Positions 1-9,158 of a stretch of 64,000 nt of DNA are shown here, piece by piece. Made by a program: the position numbers and the translations under genes. The stretch spans positions 1-64,000 of IMG/VR virus record IMGVR_UViG_3300029258_005166. The stretch is one strand, 5' to 3'. The notes under the pieces were generated by a model. It had not been told where the DNA came from. It did no database searches and saw only the letters and a program-made list of their open reading frames with translations. The stretch comes from a virus. Position 1 is the stretch's first letter. The number at the start of each line of letters is the position of its first letter.

Positions 1-19
1 TAAGATGTAATTTCCATTT

Positions 20-139
20 AGGCGGCTTACATCCCGCTACCCTAAAGAGGTTTGGTCGCAGACTCGTTCGCTTCGCTCACTCGCTTTGCGACCAAACTTT
101 TCTATTCTATAGAAAAGTAGGGGTTTTACGCCGCCGATC
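20..139 (-). mobile_element. Probable IS200/IS605-family left end, with a nested palindromic insertion at ~51-118; element continues beyond window start
   Basis: Minus strand reads TTTAT|GATCGGCGGCGTAAAACCCCTAC...CTCTTTAGGGTAGCGGGATGTAAGCCGCC, resembling IS605-type subterminal hairpin ends; it interrupts the upstream membrane-protein ORF. Confidence 0.5.
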
Positions 140-615
140 ATAAAGGTCTCATCTTTAAGTCGTTCTTTAAGACAGGACCGGAAATCTCGATGATTCGGAT
201 CAACTTTAAATTTCTCTAGGGCTTCTCCCATCTCTTCGATAAAATGGTCTCGTTGTTCGATGTATTTTTCCTTGATATTGGTAACGAACAGCCACCATTT
301 CACGCATCCATAGATGGTTCCGGCCACGAAGTAAGTTACGATGGCCAGTATGAGTTTCCCCGGATTATCCAATACCCATCCCAGAAAACCCAAATTACCC
401 AGTCCAATAATCGCGGCCACGGTAAGCACGAAAGTGACCGTAGCTGCCCACGCTTTTTCGTTCTCCAGGAACGCAACAATAGCTACGGAGCTACCGATGA
501 GCAGTAGCCAGAACCACAGGGTTCCTATTGCGAAAAGGGCCAAAACCGTCTCAAGAAAGACTTGTTCATTGGTTTGTACCGCAAATACAGTTTCTAACAT
601 TGTCTTGTCCTCCAA
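37..615 (-). CDS. Phage membrane protein (3-4 TM), C-terminus probably disrupted by the IS end at ~139
   Basis: Hydrophobic segments in the N-terminal half; GGAGG RBS before a likely start near 600; last ~35 aa run through palindromic DNA. Confidence 0.6.
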   Translation of the reverse strand: MEDKTMLETVFAVQTNEQVFLETVLALFAIGTLWFWLLLIGSSVAIVAFLENEKAWAATVTFVLTVAAIIGLGNLGFLGWVLDNPGKLILAIVTYFVAGTIYGCVKWWLFVTNIKEKYIEQRDHFIEEMGEALEKFKVDPNHRDFRSCLKERLKDETFMIGGVKPLLFYRIEKFGRKASERSERVCDQTSLG

Positions 616-706
616 ATTGGAATAGTTGGTCTATTATATGGGCTCCAAATTTCGCCTAATATAACAGAATGGGCTTAAAAAATCTACATAGATTAGGAGG
701 TTCAAA

Positions 707-997
707 ATGGATTATGGCTGTGTCAAAGTGGACGAAAACGGATTTACGGTACAAGAGACTAGATTTTATACGGCCTACAGAATGAGTACCGACACCTTTC
801 TCGCCAGAAGTTTGCCCGAGGATACTGGCCAGACCATCCATAGAAACACAATCACACAGCGGTTAGGGAGCAACTGGCCAGAGTATATTTCCGGGATAAC
901 GGACGAATCATCAATGGTCAAAAAGCGAAAATTGGCTTTGGAGCAATTACAAGGTGATGTTTCTGATCGATGTTTTAGATTTAACCTAAATACTTAG
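707..997 (+). CDS. Hypothetical protein
   Basis: AGGAGG RBS; CTACATA motif at 684-690. Confidence 0.65.
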   Translation: MDYGCVKVDENGFTVQETRFYTAYRMSTDTFLARSLPEDTGQTIHRNTITQRLGSNWPEYISGITDESSMVKKRKLALEQLQGDVSDRCFRFNLNT

Positions 998-1004
998 GAG
1001 ACCG

Positions 1005-1259
1005 ATGAATTTCAAAGACTGGTTAGAAGCATACGTGCCCCCAAACCCTCTCGACACAGCAAAGGCTACGGCTGGAAGATCATGGGCTCCTGCCCATGAT
1101 TGGAAGATCTATTACCGAGAAAAGCCCGAAGAGATTCCCGAAGCAAGAAAATATATTCGTCTTAAACTATCTCAGGCCAGAAATTTGGGCCAAAAAACGC
1201 AAATTCAGCAGGCAGATAGAGCGTTGCGAGACATAGAACTAGAACAGGGCTTGATCTAA
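1005..1259 (+). CDS. Small protein with CTS-like N-terminus (MNFKDWLE)
   Basis: AGGAG RBS; CTAAATA at 986-992; shared N-terminal motif. Confidence 0.7.
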   Translation: MNFKDWLEAYVPPNPLDTAKATAGRSWAPAHDWKIYYREKPEEIPEARKYIRLKLSQARNLGQKTQIQQADRALRDIELEQGLI

Positions 1260-1307
1260 GATAATAATCCTTGCTACAATACTCTCCTAGAAAATAGGAG
1301 AGCCACC

Positions 1308-1589
1308 ATGTTGTATATTGCAATTGCGATTGTTTCGGTTTCTGCATTGACCATTATTTTATACGATATTTTTAAACAGGACAGATCGGTGCCTCGGGCC
1401 TATCTTTTGTGCTTAATATGTATGGGTTTAGCGGTCATGACAGCTTCTCATGGAGGATGGGCTCCCTATGTCTGGCTGTTTACTGCATTGATCTGGCTAT
1501 TCAATGTTTGGTTAAGAAGATTTGTGGCTCGTCAAGAGGCTTATTTAAAAGAACTTAAAAAAGGACTTAAAAAGAGGCACAATGAATAA
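1308..1589 (+). CDS. Small 3-TM membrane protein
   Basis: Three hydrophobic helices, basic C-tail, AGGAG RBS. Confidence 0.7.
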   Translation: MLYIAIAIVSVSALTIILYDIFKQDRSVPRAYLLCLICMGLAVMTASHGGWAPYVWLFTALIWLFNVWLRRFVARQEAYLKELKKGLKKRHNE

Positions 1590-2211
1590 GAAGACTATCT
1601 TTATCGGTGTGGCCACTTGTATTGTGGTTATGATTGTTTTGCTTGTATTTTTCTCCCCGAGACAGACAATTGAAGTTTACCGGGATTACTCATTCATGGT
1701 AGATCGAGCATTTCCTGATGTTCGCAGAGCTTTTTATCGACAGGATTTTGTGAGAGAGGTGCTGGAAGTCCACGACGCAGAATTAGTCGAGAAAAAATGG
1801 TTAAGGCACGATCTAGACATACGTCGGCCAATTTTTAAGGAATCTGAATACACAGGGGTAATGCTCATTATTGCTAGGTCCAAAGAGGGCTATGGAACAA
1901 TACACATAGAACAAACAGTTACCTTGAAGCGTGATAGGATTTTGGCTTTGGCAAAGTTAGACAGACCGATGTCGGCGGGAGTAACCGATTGGAATCAGGA
2001 TATTTCAATCATCCCCGAGGGCGAAAAAACCAAGATTTCGATCAAACTCTATGCCAGATTATCGAGGCCGATTCCAAGAATATTTTGGAAATATGCGGAA
2101 GAACAAATGAATGTCGCTGCCGATAAGGCAACCTATGGAATGGAGCCGCTTCTAACGGAAATGGCCACGAAGGATGTGGGGCTTCTCGATTTTACGGTTC
2201 CGATGCCCTAG
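1582..2211 (+). CDS. Membrane-anchored protein, possibly SRPBCC/START-like fold
   Basis: N-terminal TM anchor, beta-rich body, C-terminal helix; fold is inference. Confidence 0.5.
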   Translation: MNKKTIFIGVATCIVVMIVLLVFFSPRQTIEVYRDYSFMVDRAFPDVRRAFYRQDFVREVLEVHDAELVEKKWLRHDLDIRRPIFKESEYTGVMLIIARSKEGYGTIHIEQTVTLKRDRILALAKLDRPMSAGVTDWNQDISIIPEGEKTKISIKLYARLSRPIPRIFWKYAEEQMNVAADKATYGMEPLLTEMATKDVGLLDFTVPMP

Positions 2212-3001
2212 ACCGAACTGCTTCAGCAACACCTTCAGCTACCGGACAATTGCCGGTAATTCCTCGTTTTTTGCAGAAGGGCAAATTGTAGGTCACATAC
2301 GGGTAGAATCCGTCATGTTCATTGTATCTACCCAACTCTGATCTCCATCCATCGTGAAGCTTGAGTTGTTCGTAACCAATCAAAGCACAAGGTTCGGGCA
2401 TACGAAAATTGAAACCAAGTTCCGCAAACTCTCTCTTGTTGGCGGTAGGATTGGCGATTTCACGGATTCTTTGGGCATCAAGTTTGGAATATTCATCGAT
2501 GGCTATCATTCCGCCTTCAAAGGTAGAGAGGTTTTTGGTTTTATAGAAGCTAAAGCATCCGGCATCCCCCATTGTCCCAGCATATGGTCCATTTTGACCA
2601 AATTTTGCTCCCAAAGCCTGGGCGGCATCTTCTATCACCACCAAATTAAACCTATCAGCGATTTCCAAGATTGTCCACATATCACAGATGCGACCAAAGA
2701 GATGTACTGGCAAAATTGCTTTTGTGTGTTCGGTGATCGCTGCTTCGATAAGATTAGAATTGATAAGATGCGTGACAGGATCAATATCCACAAAAACGGT
2801 TTTTCCACCCGCGATCAAGATCGCTTCCGTAGTTGCCGCGAAAGTGAACGGGGTTGTAATGATCTCATCCTCTGGTTTTAAATCTAGAGACCAGAGTGTC
2901 GCTATCAAAGCCGAGGTGCAGCTATTGACGGCAATAGCGTGTTCGACCTCGAACTTCTTCTTAAATTCTTGTTCAAACAGGTCTCTAATTATCTGTGGCA
3001 T
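2192..3001 (-). CDS. DegT/DnrJ/EryC1/StrS sugar aminotransferase (WbpE-like, short)
   Basis: AVNSCTSAL, ILPVHLFG, IEDAAQA, FSFYKTKNL PLP-lysine motif. Confidence 0.9.
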   Translation of the reverse strand: MPQIIRDLFEQEFKKKFEVEHAIAVNSCTSALIATLWSLDLKPEDEIITTPFTFAATTEAILIAGGKTVFVDIDPVTHLINSNLIEAAITEHTKAILPVHLFGRICDMWTILEIADRFNLVVIEDAAQALGAKFGQNGPYAGTMGDAGCFSFYKTKNLSTFEGGMIAIDEYSKLDAQRIREIANPTANKREFAELGFNFRMPEPCALIGYEQLKLHDGWRSELGRYNEHDGFYPYVTYNLPFCKKRGITGNCPVAEGVAEAVRSRASEP

Positions 3002-3007
3002 CGATCA

Positions 3008-3475
3008 TCACTCCTGTAGTTTTATCCATCCGTGCTGTTTTGCTGGCACTCCATAGACGACAGCATAATCAAGAACCGATTTGGTGACAACCGATCCCGC
3101 TCCAACAAAAGCATATCTGCCTACGATATTGCCACAAATAATGGTAGCGTTCGCACCTATCGTTGCTCCGTTCATTACCAACGTTTTTTCGAATTTGCCT
3201 TTCTGAAAAGCTCGCGGCATTAGAACATTTGTGAAAACGGCAGACGGCCCCACGAAAACGTCATCTCCAAGCTCTACTCCTGTGAAAATACTGACGTTGT
3301 TTTGAATTTTGACACCATTCCCTATTCGCACTCCTTTTCCAACGTAGACATTCTGACCTAGAGTGCAATTTTTCCCGATTTTAGCATCGGCATCTATATG
3401 GCAGAAGTGCCAAATTTTGGTGCCTTCGCCAATACTGACTGTATTATCAATTATCGAGCTTATATCTATGAACAT
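3008..3475 (-). CDS. wbpD: Hexapeptide-repeat N-acetyltransferase (WbpD-like)
   Basis: [35 protein letters not shown]; start chosen at GAGG RBS. Confidence 0.85.
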   Translation of the reverse strand: MFIDISSIIDNTVSIGEGTKIWHFCHIDADAKIGKNCTLGQNVYVGKGVRIGNGVKIQNNVSIFTGVELGDDVFVGPSAVFTNVLMPRAFQKGKFEKTLVMNGATIGANATIICGNIVGRYAFVGAGSVVTKSVLDYAVVYGVPAKQHGWIKLQE

Positions 3476-3526
3476 TTCTAACCTCACTTCTCTAATAGTA
3501 TAGTTCAAAAAAAGAAAGGCTACAAT

Positions 3527-4372
3527 ATGAAATTCGCATTGATCGGGGCTGCGGGTTACGTGGCTCCCCGCCATATGAAGGCAATCAAGGAAACTGGGAA
3601 TGAACTGATTGCCGCTGCCGATATCAGTGATTCGGTAGGAATCCTAGACCGCTATTTCCCTAATTGCCAATTTTTTACTTCGGTAAATTACTTTTGGGAG
3701 TACCTTTCGCACAACAAAGCAGATTATCTCACAGTCTGCACACCGAATTGTTTTCATTTCATTCACAGCCTTAATGGAATGATGGCTGGGACTGATATTA
3801 TTTGCGAAAAACCGCTTGTAACATCTGTCAGAGGGCTTGAGGATTTGGAAAGGGCAGAGCAAGATACCGGAAGAAAGGTTAATGTCATCCTACAACTTCG
3901 TGTTTCTCCGACAATGCTGAAAATAAAAAAGAACCTTAAACCCGGCAAACATAAGGTCCAAATGACCTATGTAACCCCGCGTGGACCGTGGTATCAGGAA
4001 TCTTGGAAGGGTGATGACAATAGATCGGGCGGTATTCTTTTTAACATAGGCATCCATCTTTTCGATATTTTGCTTTGGCTTTTCGGAAAAGTGGAAGATT
4101 ATTCCATCAAAACCAAGAGCAAAGAACGGGCAAAAGGTACAATTTCCCTAGAAAATGCGGATGTTGATTGGTTTCTTTCCATTGATCGCAATGATCTCCC
4201 CAACGGACCAGGAGCATACCGCCTACTTACCGTAGATGGCCAAGAATGCCGTTTTGACAAGGTTTTTGCGGATCTACACACAGATGTCTACCAAAAAATC
4301 TTGCAAGGACAAGGTTTCGGATGTAGCGATTGCTATGATTCGATAAGTTTGGTTGAGAAACTTTCGAAATAG
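3527..4372 (+). CDS. wbpB: Gfo/Idh/MocA oxidoreductase (WbpB/WlbA-like UDP-GlcNAcA 3-dehydrogenase)
   Basis: [36 protein letters not shown]. Confidence 0.9.
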   Translation: MKFALIGAAGYVAPRHMKAIKETGNELIAAADISDSVGILDRYFPNCQFFTSVNYFWEYLSHNKADYLTVCTPNCFHFIHSLNGMMAGTDIICEKPLVTSVRGLEDLERAEQDTGRKVNVILQLRVSPTMLKIKKNLKPGKHKVQMTYVTPRGPWYQESWKGDDNRSGGILFNIGIHLFDILLWLFGKVEDYSIKTKSKERAKGTISLENADVDWFLSIDRNDLPNGPGAYRLLTVDGQECRFDKVFADLHTDVYQKILQGQGFGCSDCYDSISLVEKLSK

Positions 4373-4438
4373 TTATTGACTTATCCTTCGTTTCTTGATA
4401 TTGGTCGGAGAAGTACAAATATACCGGGGGAGTCTATC

Positions 4439-4699
4439 ATGAAAAATCGAAAACCGAAGAAGGAAAGGAATCACTCTCTTGCCCTCGCCTCTAGCACTAT
4501 TGATCTTATCGAAGAGGCATTCGGCGGGAAAATATGTGAGAAATGTGGCAAAGAACCCGCGACCAGATTCCAAAATCAAACACTCTTGTGCCTCAAATGT
4601 GCCCAACCAAGCAACGAAAAACAGACCAGCGATTTTGTCAAGCCGGTGGTTCCTAGAATTTGGGTTAGAGGGGCAAGATGGGACCCTGGCGACCGGTAA
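4439..4699 (+). CDS. Small zinc-finger protein
   Basis: CEKC...CLKC; GGAG RBS. Confidence 0.6.
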   Translation: MKNRKPKKERNHSLALASSTIDLIEEAFGGKICEKCGKEPATRFQNQTLLCLKCAQPSNEKQTSDFVKPVVPRIWVRGARWDPGDR

Positions 4700-4706
4700 A
4701 TCGGGC

Positions 4707-4734
4707 TTTACAAGCTGGATTACTATACTATAAT
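4707..4734 (+). promoter_or_regulatory. Sigma70-type promoter upstream of map
   Basis: TTTACA-N16-TATAAT. Confidence 0.6.
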
Positions 4735-4765
4735 CGGGAGGATAAATGCATGGATGCGATAGATC

Positions 4766-5527
4766 ATGATAACCATTAAGAGCAAAAAACAAATAAGTGG
4801 GATTCGCAAAAGTTGTCAATTGGCGGCTTCAACTCTTGATATGATTGAGCCATTCGTTGTGGAAGGAATTACCACAGAGGAATTAAACAATCGTATTGCC
4901 GAGTTTATTACAAAGAATGATGCGATAGCTGCTCCGCTTAATTACTTGGGATATCCCAAAGAATGTTGTATCTCGCTCAATGAAGTGATTTGTCATGGCA
5001 TTCCTGATGAAACGAAACTCAAAGAAGGAGATATACTTAACATAGATGTAACAACCATTCTCGATGGCTACTACGGTGATACAAGTCGGATGTTTACGGT
5101 AGGACAGATTTCCGACGAAGCAGCATCTTTACTTAAGATTACAAAAGAGAGCCTTGAAGTTGGTATCCGACAAGTCAAGCCGGGAAACAAAACTGGCCGG
5201 ATTGGACACGCAATTTCGAAATTTGCCGAAGATCGAGGATATGGGGTTGTACATCAATTTTGTGGACACGGAGTTGGATTGCAATTCCACGAACCACCAC
5301 AGATACCGCACAAGGCCAACCCCAACACGGGAGTCGTAATGAGGCCGGGCATGATTTTTACAATCGAGCCCATGATTAACATTGGTCGGCCTGAAGCTAT
5401 TGTATCTGAAGAAGACAGGTGGACAGCAACAACTATCGATGGCGAATTATCTGCTCAATACGAACATACGGTTCTTGTGACCAAAAGCGGTGTAGAAGTA
5501 ATGACGAGAAGAGGAAAATATGAATGA
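4766..5527 (+). CDS. map: Type I methionine aminopeptidase
   Basis: CISLNEVICHGIP, NIDVT, GYYGDTSRM, GHGVG, FTIEPM, SAQYEHT. Confidence 0.97.
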   Translation: MITIKSKKQISGIRKSCQLAASTLDMIEPFVVEGITTEELNNRIAEFITKNDAIAAPLNYLGYPKECCISLNEVICHGIPDETKLKEGDILNIDVTTILDGYYGDTSRMFTVGQISDEAASLLKITKESLEVGIRQVKPGNKTGRIGHAISKFAEDRGYGVVHQFCGHGVGLQFHEPPQIPHKANPNTGVVMRPGMIFTIEPMINIGRPEAIVSEEDRWTATTIDGELSAQYEHTVLVTKSGVEVMTRRGKYE

Positions 5528-5819
5528 AAAAGTGCTTTTGTTGTGTCAAATTGTAGAACGAACAAAAAATGGATTCAAACTGAAGAGCCAACTACAGGAC
5601 GATACCGAATTTGACGTTGTTGTGCCGCGACATTTTGTGACTCCTATCGAGAACACAGATCCGCAACGTGCTTGGCTTGAAGTTGAATGCTCGGGGGAAT
5701 CAAACAGGGTGGCTTCGATTACATTGCCGAAGCCAATTTTGGAAATTGGACACAAAATCACTGTCCAGACTAAAAACATCAAGAGGATACCCCAACATGA
5801 AAAGAAGGAAGACAAATAA
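5520..5819 (+). CDS. Hypothetical protein
   Basis: Coupled to map; GAGG RBS. Confidence 0.65.
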   Translation: MNEKVLLLCQIVERTKNGFKLKSQLQDDTEFDVVVPRHFVTPIENTDPQRAWLEVECSGESNRVASITLPKPILEIGHKITVQTKNIKRIPQHEKKEDK

Positions 5820-6009
5820 ACAAATTGCCATAGGTTATCTCAAACTTATGGAAATTGATATGCCTAATGATCTTCTGCCTATGTTTGAACGCTCCATTAT
5901 GGCAGCCAGAAATCAAGATCCTACCATAGAAACTGCCACCGATTTCCAGGTGTGGGTTAGAAGTCTCACTTTTGAAAACGAGTCCGATGCTCTCCCATTG
6001 GAAGTATGA
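5797..6009 (+). CDS. Hypothetical protein
   Basis: GAGG RBS, overlapping start. Confidence 0.5.
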   Translation: MKRRKTNKQIAIGYLKLMEIDMPNDLLPMFERSIMAARNQDPTIETATDFQVWVRSLTFENESDALPLEV

Positions 6010-6052
6010 ATCGGAACGGGCATCTAAACTTATGAATAGTTAGGAGAAGCAA

Positions 6053-6277
6053 ATGTATGCATGGATTGGAATGCCGGGACCGATGGAAATGATAATCATC
6101 GGTATTGTTGCTGTCCTTCTTTTCGGCAAAAGACTTCCGGGAGTCGCAAAGTCCATCGGCCAAAGTATCACCGAATTTAAGAAGGGAATCAAGGCCATCG
6201 AAGAACCTCTTGAGGAAACAAAAAAAGAACTCAAGGAAGCAACAAGAGATGTCGAGAACGCAGTAAATAAGCCGTAA
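6053..6277 (+). CDS. tatA: Twin-arginine translocase subunit TatA/E
   Basis: GPMEMIIIGIVAVLLFGKRLP..AKSIGQSITEFKKG. Confidence 0.92.
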   Translation: MYAWIGMPGPMEMIIIGIVAVLLFGKRLPGVAKSIGQSITEFKKGIKAIEEPLEETKKELKEATRDVENAVNKP

Positions 6278-6294
6278 ATATTTAACCAGTGACC

Positions 6295-6325
6295 AGCCCA
6301 CTCTCGCCGTAGGCGAGAGTGGGCT
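6295..6325. repeat. Perfect 14-bp hairpin with TCGCC-GTA-GGCGA core between convergent genes
   Basis: AGCCCACTCTCGCC GTA GGCGAGAGTGGGCT. Confidence 0.85.
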
Positions 6326-6986
6326 ATTTCTTTTTCTTGTTGGGATTTCTTCCTCGTTTTCCAAAGAGATTTCTATGTTTGGCCAACACTTCATTAACGT
6401 ATTTCACTCGATTTCCTCCGATGGCACTGACGACCCTTGAGGCAAAGTAGCCATCGCCCCCAACTCGACCAATGTCTTTCCAGCCAATCGCTTTGGCCAC
6501 GGCATTTCGGACGATTATGTTTAGGCTGTCCACCCCCATAACTCTTAAAGCTTTGGGATTTCCCCATCTATGCTTGGGAAAGGGCTTCATGCCCATATAC
6601 GAGTGCAGGATTTTAATGATGATTAAGTCGTGTTGCACGTCAAATTCGTCATTTAAGCGTTCCAAAAAGTTATCATAAATGATATTGTCGTCATCTAAGA
6701 AATGCAACCACTCTCCTCTTGCCTGCCGGATCATATAGTTCCTCTGCTTGTTGCCTGATCGCCCTGTTTGGGTCGTAAAGCAGTATTTAATTCTATGATC
6801 TTTATAGTGGGCCACCAGCAACTTCGTTTTCCTGCACTCATTCTGGGTGCATATCAAATGCTCCCAATTCTCGTATTTTTGGGCCAAAACAGACCCTATG
6901 CATTCCCGGAGAGCATCACACCTAAGATCGAATTTATAGGTCGGAGTGATGAAGGTAATGTCTGGTTTGCGTTCAAATCTTAGCAT
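6324..6986 (-). CDS. Family 2 glycosyltransferase
   Basis: ITFITPTY, SVLAQ.YENWE, WLHFLDDDN. Confidence 0.85.
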   Translation of the reverse strand: MLRFERKPDITFITPTYKFDLRCDALRECIGSVLAQKYENWEHLICTQNECRKTKLLVAHYKDHRIKYCFTTQTGRSGNKQRNYMIRQARGEWLHFLDDDNIIYDNFLERLNDEFDVQHDLIIIKILHSYMGMKPFPKHRWGNPKALRVMGVDSLNIIVRNAVAKAIGWKDIGRVGGDGYFASRVVSAIGGNRVKYVNEVLAKHRNLFGKRGRNPNKKKK

Positions 6987-7030
6987 ACAAAAAAATGGGT
7001 CCGATACTTCTTTATTTAGGAGGATTTCTT

Positions 7031-8071
7031 ATGAATATAGGCATCATTGGTACGGGTTTTGTGGGAACAGCGGTTTTTGAAGGCATGAAACATGCTGTAG
7101 AAGTTCTGGCTTGGGACAAGGCCAAGGGGTGGCAAAGCTCTAAAAGCAATGAACCGCCCGTTGTTCATGACGAATATGGAGGTTACCGGCCCGACCTGTA
7201 TATTTGCACCCCAGTTGACCAAATCAAGATGGAGAAAGATAAGGAACATCCGTACTCCGATCCAGGACACAGCGACATCTATTATTTGATGAAGCATACT
7301 TGGGGGCCGGTTTTCATTTGTGTTCCTACTCCAATGAGAAGCGATGGTACTTGTGATTTAAGCATCGTCGAGTCTGTAGTAATGGAGGCGGATCAAGCCG
7401 CAGCAGATGTGGAAGCATGGCATAGAAGCCAAGAATCTTATGATGGCACACCATTTGCCCGCCGAGTTCTCGTTATTAAATCGACAATTCCGCCTGGAAC
7501 CACGAAGCGACTCAATGATAAGTGCAAGCACACAATTGTCTGCTTCAATCCTGAATTTTTAACGGAAAGAACATATATTGATGACTTCAAAAATCAGGAT
7601 CGCATCATTCTTGGTGGTCCTCACGAAGGTACAGCGGTTTTGAAGCAACTATATCAGAAGACATATCCCAATGTTCCCACAACCAAAACAAGTTCCACAA
7701 TTGCGGAAATGATTAAATACGTGACCAATTGTTTCTTGGCTACGAAAGTTTCGTTCGCGAACGAGATCGCTCAAATCTGCGACAAACTGGATATTGATTA
7801 TGACAAGGTTGTGGAATACGCAACAAAAGACAAGAGATTAGGCACATCGCACTGGGCGGTTCCAGGGCATGATGGTCATTTGGGATTTGGAGGTAGTTGT
7901 TTTTGTAAAGACATAAATGCGTTAATGTCTTTGGCCAAAGAGTTGGGAGTTAAAACGACTGTTATGGATGCCGCTTGGGAAAAGAATCTGGAAGTAAGAC
8001 CAGAAAGAGATTGGGAAAAACTAAAAGGAAGAGCAGTATCGGAGGAACAATGCCTGAACACAAACACTTGA
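7031..8071 (+). CDS. ugd: UDP-glucose/GDP-mannose dehydrogenase family, short phage type lacking the C-terminal domain
   Basis: IGTGFVG, FICVPTP, VIKSTIPPGTT, NPEFL, GFGGSCFCKD. Confidence 0.88.
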   Translation: MNIGIIGTGFVGTAVFEGMKHAVEVLAWDKAKGWQSSKSNEPPVVHDEYGGYRPDLYICTPVDQIKMEKDKEHPYSDPGHSDIYYLMKHTWGPVFICVPTPMRSDGTCDLSIVESVVMEADQAAADVEAWHRSQESYDGTPFARRVLVIKSTIPPGTTKRLNDKCKHTIVCFNPEFLTERTYIDDFKNQDRIILGGPHEGTAVLKQLYQKTYPNVPTTKTSSTIAEMIKYVTNCFLATKVSFANEIAQICDKLDIDYDKVVEYATKDKRLGTSHWAVPGHDGHLGFGGSCFCKDINALMSLAKELGVKTTVMDAAWEKNLEVRPERDWEKLKGRAVSEEQCLNTNT

Positions 8072-8442
8072 TAGTTCGTGCGGTGGTCACGAAGCCCATT
8101 GTAGATGTCGATGTCGCCAAAGATTGGATGAAGCGACTCATCGATCAAATAGGAATGAAGATTACAGAGCATGGCGGCCCCCATTGTGATTACGTTAAAA
8201 AACCAGGGAACGAAGGTATCGCGATTGTCGCAATAATTGAAACAAGCCATTGTGCGATGCACATCTGGGATAAAGAAGACCCTCCCATCGCCCAACTAGA
8301 CGTATATTCTTGTGCTGAATTTAAAACTTGGGATGTCATCGAGTTTATCTACGAAATGGAGCCTTCCAAGATCGAATTTAAGGTTTTCGACCGATCAAAA
8401 CACATAGATGAAATTCGCCCGAGCCACTGGCAAAAAAGGTAA
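8050..8442 (+). CDS. speD: S-adenosylmethionine decarboxylase proenzyme
   Basis: HKHLIV, AIIETSHCAMH self-cleavage region, LDVYSC; GGAGG RBS. Confidence 0.85.
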   Translation: MPEHKHLIVRAVVTKPIVDVDVAKDWMKRLIDQIGMKITEHGGPHCDYVKKPGNEGIAIVAIIETSHCAMHIWDKEDPPIAQLDVYSCAEFKTWDVIEFIYEMEPSKIEFKVFDRSKHIDEIRPSHWQKR

Positions 8443-8446
8443 TAAA

Positions 8447-8767
8447 ATGGAACTAATCAAACTGCAAATGACACCAGGATTTCTAGGACAACTGATGGAT
8501 CTGCCACCTACAGCGAGAATTGTAGAATGTCGAACAAATGATTTCGATACGATTATACTTAGTATAGCCATTGAAGGAGAGTTCCCAATGGATCGAAAGC
8601 TCATAAATTTTTCAAAGCTTTATGAGATTGGAGCATTTGTCCGAAATCCAATGAATCCAAAATATGACCCGCCATCCTTGAGTTACGGTTTGGGTGATGT
8701 TCGGGGACTGACCACGGCTGAAAAACTGCCAGAAGAAACAGAAGAACAAGAATTAGGAGAATTATGA
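8447..8767 (+). CDS. Hypothetical protein
   Basis: AAGG RBS, operon context. Confidence 0.6.
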   Translation: MELIKLQMTPGFLGQLMDLPPTARIVECRTNDFDTIILSIAIEGEFPMDRKLINFSKLYEIGAFVRNPMNPKYDPPSLSYGLGDVRGLTTAEKLPEETEEQELGEL

Positions 8768-8886
8768 GGCTTTTAATTTGGCTTGTATTGGGATTGTTAT
8801 TCGGACTTTATGTTTCGGGCGGATGCGATAATTGTAAAAATGGGACATGCCCCATACCTACGTCGGAAAAAACAGATGACTCCTAA
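8764..8886 (+). CDS. 40-aa putative lipoprotein (not in ORF track)
   Basis: MRLLIWLVLGLLFGLYVSGG-CDNCKNGTCPIPTSEKTDDS; AGGAG RBS, ATGA overlap. Confidence 0.65.
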   Translation: MRLLIWLVLGLLFGLYVSGGCDNCKNGTCPIPTSEKTDDS

Positions 8887-9094
8887 AGAAATCTACGATG
8901 AGGTCAACAGTATATGGTACAGCACATGCTGGCCGAAACTGGCTATGCTAGGACCCTGCGGTCCTTCTGGCCCAAAGGGCGGCGAAGACGATGGCTGGAC
9001 CCAAGACATCGGTTATCTGGAAGGGGCGGCCTATTTGCTCAAAGAAATAGCCGATTACAAACGGGGCAAATTTGATGACTGGAAAGAAGATTAA
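8876..9094 (+). CDS. Hypothetical protein
   Basis: Overlapping start, followed by terminator. Confidence 0.55.
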   Translation: MTPKEIYDEVNSIWYSTCWPKLAMLGPCGPSGPKGGEDDGWTQDIGYLEGAAYLLKEIADYKRGKFDDWKED

Positions 9095-9131
9095 AAAAGA
9101 GCCGCTCGCCTATGGGCGAGCGGCTCTTTTT
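9094..9131. terminator. Bidirectional intrinsic terminator; variant of the TCGCC-core hairpins
   Basis: AAAAAGAGCCGCTCGCC TATG GGCGAGCGGCTCTTTTT between convergent genes. Confidence 0.85.
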
Positions 9132-9158
9132 GCTATTTTCTAGCACGTCGTTTTTCCT

